This document shows positions 47,091 to 56,898 of a DNA stretch of 64,000 nt, one piece after another. The translations under genes were made by a program, and so were the position numbers. Origin of the DNA: Planctomycetales bacterium (lineage in GTDB: Bacteria > 4484-113); assembly GCA_037441675.1 (NCBI GenBank), contig JBBIRS010000003.1, positions 64,001 to 128,000 on the forward strand, given 5' to 3'. Within the stretch, counting starts at the first letter, position 1; the number at the start of each line of letters is the position of its first letter. The notes beneath the pieces were generated by a model, which saw only the letters and a program-made list of their open reading frames with translations, was not told where the DNA came from and ran no database searches.

Positions 47091-49705
47091 ATGGGAGCAC
47101 ACCAAACCCGTGTCAACAGTTCTACGCAAATGGGAGTCAAGGAGGAACAGTTCTTTGATACCCTGCGAAATGTTTTCGTTGGTGCGAAGATTGAGGGCGA
47201 GGGCGGATTTATCAACCTAATGCGCATTAAGTCCAAGTATTACACCGATGGCGTCTTCCCCAAGCTTAAGGCGGATATAGATAAAGCCCTGGAGTCCTTT
47301 CCAGGGTTCCGCGAGGAGCTTTTTGACAAGCTTTACACTTTCTTCAGCAGGTACTTCTTGGAAAGCGGTTCAATTTACTTTACTTCCACTCCGTATCACA
47401 AGTCCGTTTACGAGCACGTTTACACGGATGATAAGGACGTGATGCTTTTCTGGAAGACGCATATGCTCTACTATGTGAAGACCGATCGGCTCTTCAAAAG
47501 TATGGACGTGGAGCTTGACGGCGTAAAGTTCTTCTTTGACGTTTCAACGCTAGAGCATAAGCGCGCAAATGAGAAGCGCGAGCTTATTTACGAATTCAAG
47601 GAAAAGCGAGGGGATGGAGTTCTCGCCTTCACGGCCTCTTTCTCGGAGAAGGGACGCAAGACAAAGGAGGAAGAGATTTTGCGGACGCTGAGAAGGGAAG
47701 GCGTACAGTAAACAGAATCGACACTGGAGCGAGCCTTTGGGACTTTTGAGCGGCAATCCGAGGTTGACTTTTTCATCAACAAGAATGCGAAATCCTTCCT
47801 TGAGGAGCAGTTTAACCTTTGGATGTATGAGTATATATCCGGCAAGATGAGGGAAAAGCCGGATAGAAGCGAATGGACTGAGAAGCGGATTAAACAGCTT
47901 CAAGTGTTGAAGGATATAGCTTTTAAGATAATTGCCTTCATAGCACAGTTTGAGGATGAGCTTGTGAAAATCTGGAAAAAGCCAAAGTTTGTGCTGAACT
48001 CAAGCTACGTGATAACCCTGGACAGGATAGCGGAGAAGGATGTAGCCCTTGTTGCGAAAATCCTGAAACACAAAGGAATTAAGAGCCAAATAGAAGAATG
48101 GAAGGAGCTTGGAATAGTTGACGATAGCTTCAGGGCAGAAGATGTTTTCACAAAGCAGAAGAAGCTCTCCGGTGAGGGACTGAGCGAAAAGTATCAGCAC
48201 CTACCCATTGATACTAGATACTTCAAGGACCTTGAGCTTGAGATTCTTTCCCTGTTTGATAATCTTGATAACTCCCTTGTTGGCTGGCTGGTTAAAAGCG
48301 AAAACTATCAAGCGCTAAATACCATTCTTCCAAAATTTAAGGAAAAAGTGCAGACGATTTATATTGACCCGCCGTTTAATAAAGAAGAGGAGGCGGATTA
48401 TTTTTATTCTGTTAAGTATAAAGACTCTTCCTGGGCAACTTTGCTTGAAAATAGATTGAGATTAGCAAGAGATTTATTGAATGAAAAAGGAAGTATTTTT
48501 GTAAGATGTGATTACAACGGAAATTGGATTGTCAGACCTTTGATGGATGAGATTTTTGGAAAGGAGAATTTTAGGAATGAGATAATTGTAAAGAGAGGAG
48601 CTCCTAAAGCTGGATTATTTTTGCAATTTGGAAATTTAAAATCCATAGGCGTAATGTACGATAATCTCTATTGGTTTTCAAAAAATCAAGATAAGGTTTA
48701 TGGTAAGTTTATTGAATCTCTTCCAGAGGAAAGAAAAGGTTATTGGACCAGCTTCAAAAAAATTTATGATAGACCAACTATGCGGTATGAAATTTTAGGA
48801 ATTAATATCACCGAAGGACAGTGGATGTGGAATAAAGAAAGAGCCTACAAAGCGGTAGAAAATTATCAAAAGTACCTTGAGATTTCCCAAAAAACTGGAG
48901 AGACTTTAGAAGAATATTGGATAAAAACTGGTCAAAAATTAGAATTCGTAAGGAGGGAAGGAAATTCTATTCAATACTGGGTTCCTCCAAAAGAGAAAAT
49001 CCTACTTGACAATAATTGGTTAGATATTCCTGGATATTCTAAAGGATGGGGCTTCAAAACCGAAAATTCGGAGATTCTTCTCAAGCGTGTCATAGAATCC
49101 ACATCCAACGAAGGCGACCTTATTATGGACTTTTTCCTTGGCTCTGGCACTACCACAGCAGTAGCTCACAAATTGGGTAGAAGGTGGTTAGGGGTGGAGA
49201 TGGGAGAACATTTTTATTCTGTAGCTTTGCCGAGAATGAAAAAAGTTTTGGCTTATGATAAGTCGGGGATTTCAAAAGAAAGCGATGTGAAAGAGAAATA
49301 CAACGAGAAGAATGCAGGGGGGGTTTTTTCAAGTACTGTGAGCTTGAGCAGTATGAGGATACGCTGAGAAGGGTGAAGTATGAGAATGCCGATCTCTTTG
49401 AAGACCCAAGCAGAGATCCGTATAACTCTTACGTTTTCCTGCGGGATTTGAAGTTGCTTGATTGCGTGGAAGTGGATTATGAAAAGGACAAAGTTAATGT
49501 GGATTTGAGCAAACTTTATAGTGGAGAGAGAGATGGCAAGGAGATTGACATTGCTGAGACAATATCAAACCTAAGGGGAAAGTGGATAAAGAGGATTGAG
49601 GAGGAAAAAGTAGTGTTTGAGGACGGCGAGGCGGTGAATACTAAGGATGTGGACTTTCAGACGATTAAGCAATTGATTTGGTGGGAGCAGTTAGCCAAAG
49701 GCTGA
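47091..49705 (+). pseudogene. mod: Type III RM DNA methyltransferase (Mod), interrupted by in-frame TAA (47709-47711) and a +1 frameshift at G7 (49317-49323)
   Basis: SD AAGGAGG before ATG 47091; ENYQAL, IYIDPPFN, DFFLGSGTT; three ORF pieces join, the last via GGFFKYCELEQYEDTL in the shifted frame. Confidence 0.88.
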
Positions 49706-49727
49706 TAAAATTGGAACGGCTAATAAA

Positions 49728-52700
49728 ATGGAGAAGCGCCAATCTATGCCAAGTGTGGAGCAAAGGCGGTTTTATCCAAAGCTTCAGGAGATAGCCTCTT
49801 ATTGCTCTTATGAGGACTTGCCTGGCGTGTGGAACTCCTTTGACCTCTGCATTTTTTCCAAAGAGAAAAAGCTGTGGGAATATCAAAAAAAAAGCGCTTA
49901 AAAACGCCCTAATAGTGTTACATAGGTATTATGAAAAAGCCAGAGATTATGAGCCGGATGAGGACTTGGAGAGCGCAAATGACAAGAGGATAAGGGAACT
50001 CGTGAAGAGCTATGAGGATGTAGGAGTTAGAGTTGACGAAGAGATGAGCTTTGATGTTAAGAAGGAAAAGGTTACAAGTCTCATCGAGAGCGTGTGGCAA
50101 GATATCTTAACTGATCACTACGATTCCCGTAAGAAGTTAATCCATTTTCAGCCTTTCGCTAATAGAATGTGCTTTTGGATGGCTACGGGAAGCGTGAAGA
50201 TACTGGTGCTTATTGAACTTATTGTCATTCTGCGGGAGCTGATGAGGAGAAAGGAGATACCGGAGAACGACATTCTCGTTTTAACGCATCGGGAAGACCT
50301 AATAGCCCAGCTAAAAAACCACGTTTGGGAGTTTAACGGGTCCAACCCTGAATGCGAAATTGTCCTTCATGAACTTAAGGAATACGCGAATGTGAAGAAT
50401 TCTAATCCGAACCTTTTCTTGGAAAACCAGATTCACATTTTCTACTACCGCTCTGATAACTTAACGGAAGAGCAGAAAGAAAAGCAGATAGATTTTAGGA
50501 ACTATGATAACGGCGGGAGGTGGTACGTCTTTCTGGATGAGGCGCACAAGGGTGACCATGAGGATTCTAAGCGCAAATGGATTTACTCGCTTCTAAGCAG
50601 ACAGGGATTCCTCTTCAATTTCTCCGCAACGTTCACCGATAAACGCGACATAATTGCTACGGTATACGAATTTAATCTGAGCTCGTATATTAAAGATGGA
50701 TATGGGAAACATCTATTCATCCTAGAGCAGGAAGTCCGTGCGTTCAGAGAAGATGAACCCTACACCGATGATGAGAAGCAGAAGATAGTTCTAAAGTCTC
50801 TCTTACTTCTAACTTACTGCAAGAAGTTTGCGGAGAGCGTGAGAGCTGTTGATAAGAATATGTATCATAGCCCGCTAATGTTAACACTTGTTAACAGCGT
50901 GAACGTTGAGGATGCAGATTTGGAGCTTTTCTTCAGGGAGCTCGTGAAGATTGGGAATGGCGAAGTTTCCAACGATATGTTAAATGAATGCAAGGAGGAC
51001 CTGCGCAAAGAATTCAATTCGACTCAAATGTTTCTCTTTGAGGAGGAAACGAGTGAGAAAGCTCAAGTGAACCACGAGAAACTAAAAGGTATCAACCTAG
51101 AGGAAATTCTTAAATACGCATACAACGCTCCTAGTCAGGGTTCAATTGAAGTTTTGGTTCGGCGGAGCAACCGTCAAGAGCTGGCATTCAAGCTCAAGGC
51201 AGCGGACATGCCATTTGGGCTAATCAAAATAGGAGATATCTCAGGGTGGCTTAGCAAAAAGCTGACTGGCTACGAGATACAAGAACGATACGAGGATGAC
51301 GCATTCTTTGAGAACCTGAACCGCGATGACTCAAGCATCAACATACTGATGGGCTCTCGGACGTTTTATGAGGGCTGGGATTCAAATAGACCCAACGTAA
51401 TTTTTTACATTAACATAGGCGTGGGGGAAGAAGCGAGGAAATTCATTCTGCAATCGGTGGGGCGTGGTGCAAGAATTGAGCCGATCAAAGGTAAGCGCAG
51501 AAGAGCTGGATTCTTAAAGCTAAATTACGAAATGGACGAAGGAACATATCGCCGAATTGAGAAGGATGTTCAGCCATTGGAGACGCTTTTTGTCATCGGG
51601 ACCAATAGGGATGCTATTAAGTTTGTCTTAGAATCTCTTAAAAACGAGAGGAAAGAGGCTAAAGTTATCAAGCTGAAAAAGAATCCAGCCGCTAGCGGGA
51701 AAGTTTTCCTTATACCGGTTTACAGGGTTGGCGATGAACCTATCGTGAAAAAAAGGAAAAAGTTTCCTCTCAGTAGAGACAACCTGAAAACTCTTAAGCG
51801 AGCGTTGGAATGTTTTGATGAACGTGTGCTGATTGCCCTCCTGGTTGACCGATATAGAGTCACACCCCGTTCAATAAGACTTCTTCGAGATCTTATAAAG
51901 GAGGAGCAACTCAAGCCATCTTCAGAAATAAGGACATATAAGTCTCTTGAACATGTCCTGGAAAGCGCATTTTCATACATGGATGTTTGGGACGAGGATG
52001 TTGATAAATTCGTTGAGTTATCGGAAGAGATTAAACACTTTAATAATATTAGGGTTTACCTAGAGGATGTAGCAAAGCTAGAGGAAAAAATTACACAGGT
52101 AGAAGGTCACGGTCGTGCCAAGGAGCAGAAAGTGGAACTGATGCAAGAGGTACGAGAAGGGAAGCTTGACCCCGACGACGCATTTAAGAAGGCTGAGAAA
52201 GTCTTGAAAGAATGTCCGGAAGAGGTCGAGTTTGAGTATGAGCGGAAACGGTTAGTGATAAGGTACATTGAGCCACATTATTACCTGCCAGTAATAACCG
52301 CCACAGATGAGCGAGTTGATTACATCTCTCATATTATTAAGGAAGATAGTGAAGTAAGATTTATAGATCACATAGTGGATTCATTGAGAAATGCGAGAAG
52401 TTTATTTGAGCAGTCAGACTGGTGGATGTTCAGCAAGATCGATGAAAGCCAGGATGAGGTTTATATTCCATACTTGAATCACGAATCTGGGAGGATCTCG
52501 CGGTGGTATCCTGACTTTATCTTTTGGCTCCAGAAGGGGAGTGACTACTTTATCGTTTTCATTGATCCGAAGGAACATGTGTATACAACATATGAGCAAA
52601 AGGTTGAAGGTTATAAACGTCTTTTCAATGAAGAAGATGGTAGAGTGAAGGTATTTTCACATAATGGATTTAGTGTCCGAGTGTATGCCTACCTCTGGAC

Positions 52701-52788
52701 TACCGACAGTGATAAATTGATTGGGAATTACCGTGACTACTGGTTCGAGGATATCGAAGGTTTGCTGTCGAAGGTATTGAGGGGCTGA
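49728..52788 (+). pseudogene. res: Type III RM endonuclease/helicase (Res), +1 frameshift at A9 (49885-49893) and degenerate Walker A
   Basis: N-terminus ...KKLWEYQKK joins ALKNAL on removing one A; FWMATGSVKI, LDEAHKG, NFSATF, EGWDS, QSVGRGAR, YPDF...DPK. Confidence 0.86.
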
Positions 52789-52798
52789 AAGTTGGGCG

Positions 52799-53156
52799 AA
52801 AAAAAACCAGCCCTACATCATCGGGTAGTACCTCTACAGTGGGAGGATGAGGATGAGTCCGAAGACCCTTCCACTCCTTCCTCCTGGGGGAAGGACTGGT
52901 GTATTCTACCCAAGTTCTCACGGTGTCTTTCGTAGCGCTACCCCGAAGGGTAGGTTTCGGAAAGTCCTGTGGTGAACTCCTTTGGACTAAGACTCGCACC
53001 GTCACCCGAAGGCTTCGGTTTGAGACTCGTCCTCCGGGATGTCACCTTGAACCTCTGAGTTTACCGGGGTAAACTCTTGGTCCAAGGGAGGGATCCCTGG
53101 CAGAACTCCTAATCCTTCTTTTCAAGGTACCGCCCTCCGCAGGGCTGGGGTATACC
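52799..53156 (-). ncRNA. large (~355 nt) structured non-coding RNA of unassigned family
   Basis: Terminal helices CCAGCCCUGC/GUAGGGCUGG and GGGCGGUACCU/AGGUACUACCC; three C(UUCG)G loops; G-U wobbles favour the minus strand; U8 tail; upstream promoter. Confidence 0.85.
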
Positions 53157-53162
53157 ACCTCA

Positions 53163-53191
53163 AAATTACTCTAGTTATTTAATCCTGTCAA
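53163..53191 (-). promoter_or_regulatory. sigma70-type promoter for the structured RNA
   Basis: TTGACA (53191-53186), 17 nt, TAATTT (53168-53163); predicted start near 53156, just before the first helix. Confidence 0.75.
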
Positions 53192-53387
53192 TACCTTTTC
53201 ACATAAAATCACGTGAGCAAGTTATCAACAAAAGATGGGACAAGCTCTTTATGCTTTTTGTTCGTAGTTGTATTATTATTCTAACTACTTAAACATTACT
53301 TGGTATTTCTGAGTCTTAATGAGCGTTGGCTCAATTATGTTTGGCAAATCTCTGAACTTAATAAGTAAAACAATCGGGAGGATATCT

Positions 53388-54674
53388 ATGTGGAGAATTC
53401 TTGTTGCATTACTTTTCGTTTTCTTGGTTTCGTCCTGTAAAGAGACAAAGAAGGAGGCAAAACCAATTCTTCCGGTAGAAGAGCTACCTATTAAAGGTGG
53501 TAAGGGTTTACCCACTTCTTTAGAGGAGCTCTATCCAAAAGGTATAGAGGCAACACCAAAGGCGCAGAAAGTTGTGGAGGCGCTGGAAGAGGTGAGGATA
53601 GCGAGGTATAAGGGCGAGCAAAAAGAGGTGTCAGAGGAGATTTTTGAACAAGTGCGTTCCTTTATTAATGGCAAGAATCCGCTTGATAACAAGGTGTTAA
53701 TGCTTCATAGGCTGTTGCTCGCGGATGCTCATATTCCAAGGGAATTGATACTGCAAGTTGTAGAAGAGGCAAAATCGGATGAAGAATTGAGCGAGCCAAT
53801 TCTCTTTTCGGTAGGCGTTTTGGCGAGGCTAGCGTTGATGGAAATGCTATCGGATAAGGAGAAAGGGCAGGAGGGTGAAAATCCGGAGAACATTAGGAAA
53901 TTGGCGGAGGATGAATTTTCACTCTTTGAAAGAGCTTTCAAGAAAAGACCTCACGATGGTATTTACGCCTTCGGTCTAATAGGTGCTTATTATGACCGCT
54001 CAATTGGCAGAAAGGGCGGAAAGTTTGACTTACAAAGCTTCGCTGAGGAGTTCACTTTAGACAGAGTGGACGAACTAATTAACGCATTGGAGAACACTAA
54101 GGGGATGCGCAGTCTAAGCAGTCCTCCGTGGTTGACCTATGAAATTGAGTGGAAAATTGTGCCACCAGCTGTTTACGGCGATGCTAGGATTTGGGGACCA
54201 TGGGTCACTAGCTCGGATAAGTCACTTAACTCTGTTCTGGAGATACTCGTGCGAAAGGGTGACTTTGAACGCGCGACTAAAATCGCAATGCTTCTAAGGT
54301 TTATTCTGTCGTACACTCCTTTATCCATTGAAGGTATGCTCTATACTTTGGAGACCGCAAAGGGATACGCGGAAGTAATAATAAGGAGCGTTACGGATAA
54401 GGAGCTCAAAAAGAAAGCAGAGATCCATTACGACAACCTGAAGAATGGCACTGCTGATTGGCAAAAGAAGGCTGAGGAGTTAAAGGCTGAGCGCCATAGG
54501 CTAATCGCTGAGGGAAGCCCGGCGGAAGCTATGGAACAGGAAGAGGCGTTTCGGCAAATCATTTATGGTTCGCTAGTTCGGGCGTTTGATGCAATGGAAG
54601 ATATCCTTAAGGAGCTTTACAGGTGCCAGAGAGAGAAGGAAGAGGCACAAAAGGGGACAAACAAGCAAGAATGA
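53388..54674 (+). CDS. hypothetical alpha-helical lipoprotein
   Basis: SD GGAGG, MWRILVALLFVFLVSSC lipobox; no recognised domain. Confidence 0.78.
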   Translation: MWRILVALLFVFLVSSCKETKKEAKPILPVEELPIKGGKGLPTSLEELYPKGIEATPKAQKVVEALEEVRIARYKGEQKEVSEEIFEQVRSFINGKNPLDNKVLMLHRLLLADAHIPRELILQVVEEAKSDEELSEPILFSVGVLARLALMEMLSDKEKGQEGENPENIRKLAEDEFSLFERAFKKRPHDGIYAFGLIGAYYDRSIGRKGGKFDLQSFAEEFTLDRVDELINALENTKGMRSLSSPPWLTYEIEWKIVPPAVYGDARIWGPWVTSSDKSLNSVLEILVRKGDFERATKIAMLLRFILSYTPLSIEGMLYTLETAKGYAEVIIRSVTDKELKKKAEIHYDNLKNGTADWQKKAEELKAERHRLIAEGSPAEAMEQEEAFRQIIYGSLVRAFDAMEDILKELYRCQREKEEAQKGTNKQE

Positions 54675-54699
54675 GAGAGAGGCGTCACGAGCTTCACAA

Positions 54700-55914
54700 C
54701 TAGGAGGGTAGCGTTTCCTCTATTAAACCACAGCCGACGACGGTTTCATCATCGCAGAATACACACCACTGCCCCGGAGAGATGAACTGCTGAGGCTCTA
54801 AAAATTCAACGAACAGTTCCTGAGGTGGGTCTAAGTGAGTATTTACAGTATTGACAGAGGATTGCGCGGAGTTTGCCATCGTCGTTTTGATGGTGGCGAG
54901 TACCTCTTTCTGACGATAACGTGTCCGCACGCTTAGGGGTTTGCCTGAGTTTACGAAACCTTCAACTAGTATATTGACGTGCGAGAGCCTAATGGCAGAT
55001 GCTAGCTTCTTACCCTGCTCAGCTACTATCACTGAGTTCGTAGTTGGGTCAATGTCCACCACGTAACGAGGAGGACCTCCGCTGATTCGTAAGCCCTTTC
55101 TCTGACCGCGGGTGAAGTATTCAATGCCCTTGTGTTCACCCAGCTCTGCCCCTGAGATGTCCTTGATTATTCCTGGTGAAGGTTCCTTGCCCAGAGCGGT
55201 GCGGAGCCAATAGGTAATGTCGTGCCCCGAGTGTAGAAAGCAGACGTCCTGGGAATCTGGCATCTTTGCAGTCGGTAGGTTTGCTTCCTGAGCAATTGCA
55301 CGAACTTGCTCCTTCAGATACTCTCCGCAAGGGAACAGCACCCTTTTCATTTCTTCAGTGGTAATCATTGCGACAAAGTAGGATTGGTCTTTGTTACGGT
55401 CAATTCCTCTAAGGAGCCGCAAGTTAGCTCCATTATCAAATCGGGATTTTAGGTTCAGCCAATCGGATTTTGGCGAGTTTGGTAGGCTTTTTTGGAAATT
55501 ATTTGCATCAACTATTCGCGCGTAATGTCCTGTCGTAAGGAATTGGCAGTCCATACTATCAGCGATTTGGAGAAAGTGCTTGAACTTGATAAATCTGTTA
55601 CAATCCACGCAAGGGTTTGGAGTCCTGCCACTACTATACTCGGTGGCGAACCTCTTGATAACTTTCTCAAAGAAAGGCTCTTTTAGGTTAATCATATAAT
55701 GCGGGACGCCAAGAGTGTCGCACACTCTTCTAGCGTTGTAGGCTGCTAAAATGGAACAGCAAGAACCTTCGGTATCATCACCGAGAAGTTTTGCAGTGAA
55801 TCCAACAACATTGTAACCAGCATTCTTGAGCAAAAGTAAAGCGACTGAGCTGTCCACACCACCACTCATCGCAACCGCAACTCGTGGATTTTTGTGCGCA
55901 ATTTTTTCTACCAT
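54700..55914 (-). CDS. mnmA: tRNA 2-thiouridylase MnmA
   Basis: AMSGGVDSS, TPNPCVDCN, TGHYARI, KDQSYF, DSQDVCF, TRGQRKGL, SPGQ. Confidence 0.97.
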   Translation of the reverse strand: MVEKIAHKNPRVAVAMSGGVDSSVALLLLKNAGYNVVGFTAKLLGDDTEGSCCSILAAYNARRVCDTLGVPHYMINLKEPFFEKVIKRFATEYSSGRTPNPCVDCNRFIKFKHFLQIADSMDCQFLTTGHYARIVDANNFQKSLPNSPKSDWLNLKSRFDNGANLRLLRGIDRNKDQSYFVAMITTEEMKRVLFPCGEYLKEQVRAIAQEANLPTAKMPDSQDVCFLHSGHDITYWLRTALGKEPSPGIIKDISGAELGEHKGIEYFTRGQRKGLRISGGPPRYVVDIDPTTNSVIVAEQGKKLASAIRLSHVNILVEGFVNSGKPLSVRTRYRQKEVLATIKTTMANSAQSSVNTVNTHLDPPQELFVEFLEPQQFISPGQWCVFCDDETVVGCGLIEETLPS

Positions 55915-55993
55915 CTCTTCATTATTATTACAGCTTCTTAAACGAATATTACTTTAATAAGCTTTTCGCAATTATTATGCTTTCAATCCTCTG

Positions 55994-56024
55994 ATAGAAT
56001 AACATAGAATAACCATAGAATAAC
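55994..56024. repeat. triple direct repeat ATAGAATAAC
   Basis: Copies at 55994, 56004 and 56015 in the divergent mnmA-rlmB intergenic region. Confidence 0.85.
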
Positions 56025-56071
56025 GAGGGACTGCTAAATGAGTTTTTATCTGGTATCAGGTTATAGAATCG

Positions 56072-56866
56072 ATGAATAAAGCAAGCAATTTATCTACATT
56101 TCGGTCCACTTACAAGGTTCATACTTCACAACTTCCAAAGAACTTCATTTACGGGATAAATCCAATAGCGGAGGCAATAAAGGCAGGTTACTTGAAGCGA
56201 TTATTCGTGCTTAACTCCTTAATCATCTCCAACAGAAGAGTTAAGGAGCTTGTAAACTTGGCGGGTGAGAGAGGAATAAAAGTTGAGGAGATGGGAATAC
56301 AGCGGTGGATTAAGGCTCTTTATGGCGCTCAACATCAAGGCGTTGCAGGAATAATAAGGAATTTTACAGGCACAAGTCTTGTCGATGTGCTGAGGGATTT
56401 CCAAGAGAAGGGTGCGGTAGTGCTTTTGGATGGAGTAAATGATCCGCACAATCTGGGCGCGGTTATTAGAAACGCCGCATCAGTTGGCGCTACGGTGATT
56501 TTGCCAAAGACAAACGTTCCTTCAATAAATGCTACGGTTCATAAAGTCTCAGCGGGATGCACTTTTATCACTAAGATAGTTCTAGATCAAAACCTTTCCC
56601 AGGCGATTAATAGGCTAAAAAAGGAAGATTTTTGGGTTACTGCTTTAGATCCGCATCATGGAACTTCCATCTTTGATTTTGAGTTTCCGAAGCGATTTGT
56701 GGCTATCTTCGGTAGTGAAGAGAGGGGAGTTAGACAGAAGCTTATTGAGAAGAGTGACTATCTATTAAGAATACCAATGGCGGAGGGAGTGGATTCTCTA
56801 AACTTAAGCACAGCGGTAGCGGTTACACTTTACTTTTATAAGAGATGGCAGGAAATGGGAAGGTGA
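56072..56866 (+). CDS. rlmB: 23S rRNA Gm2251 methyltransferase (SpoU/TrmH family)
   Basis: IYGINPIAE, HQGV, LDGVNDPHNLGAVIR, GSEERG, IPM..VDSLNLS. Confidence 0.9.
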   Translation: MNKASNLSTFRSTYKVHTSQLPKNFIYGINPIAEAIKAGYLKRLFVLNSLIISNRRVKELVNLAGERGIKVEEMGIQRWIKALYGAQHQGVAGIIRNFTGTSLVDVLRDFQEKGAVVLLDGVNDPHNLGAVIRNAASVGATVILPKTNVPSINATVHKVSAGCTFITKIVLDQNLSQAINRLKKEDFWVTALDPHHGTSIFDFEFPKRFVAIFGSEERGVRQKLIEKSDYLLRIPMAEGVDSLNLSTAVAVTLYFYKRWQEMGR

Positions 56867-56898
56867 GAATTGGCGAAAGAAAGGCACGCTGAATGAGT

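Noticed and set aside
44670..52800. Integrase, IS or att direct repeats bounding the ArsR/RM block
   Set aside because: No recombinase or transposase ORF and no matching flanking repeat found by eye
52700..53005. 101-aa minus-strand ORF
   Set aside because: Overlaps the res 3' end and the structured RNA, lacks an SD and any protein motif; likely incidental
52799..53156. tmRNA, RNase P RNA, SRP RNA or canonical 6S as the identity of the structured RNA
   Set aside because: No tRNA-like acceptor/T-arm or CCA end (tmRNA). GGAAAGTCC at about 52959 is on the disfavoured strand, mid-molecule and without a P4 partner (RNase P). No SRP helix-8 motif. About twice the size of 6S and multibranched.
55994..56024. 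CRISPR array
   Set aside because: Repeats are 10 bp with no spacers, and no cas genes are present in the window
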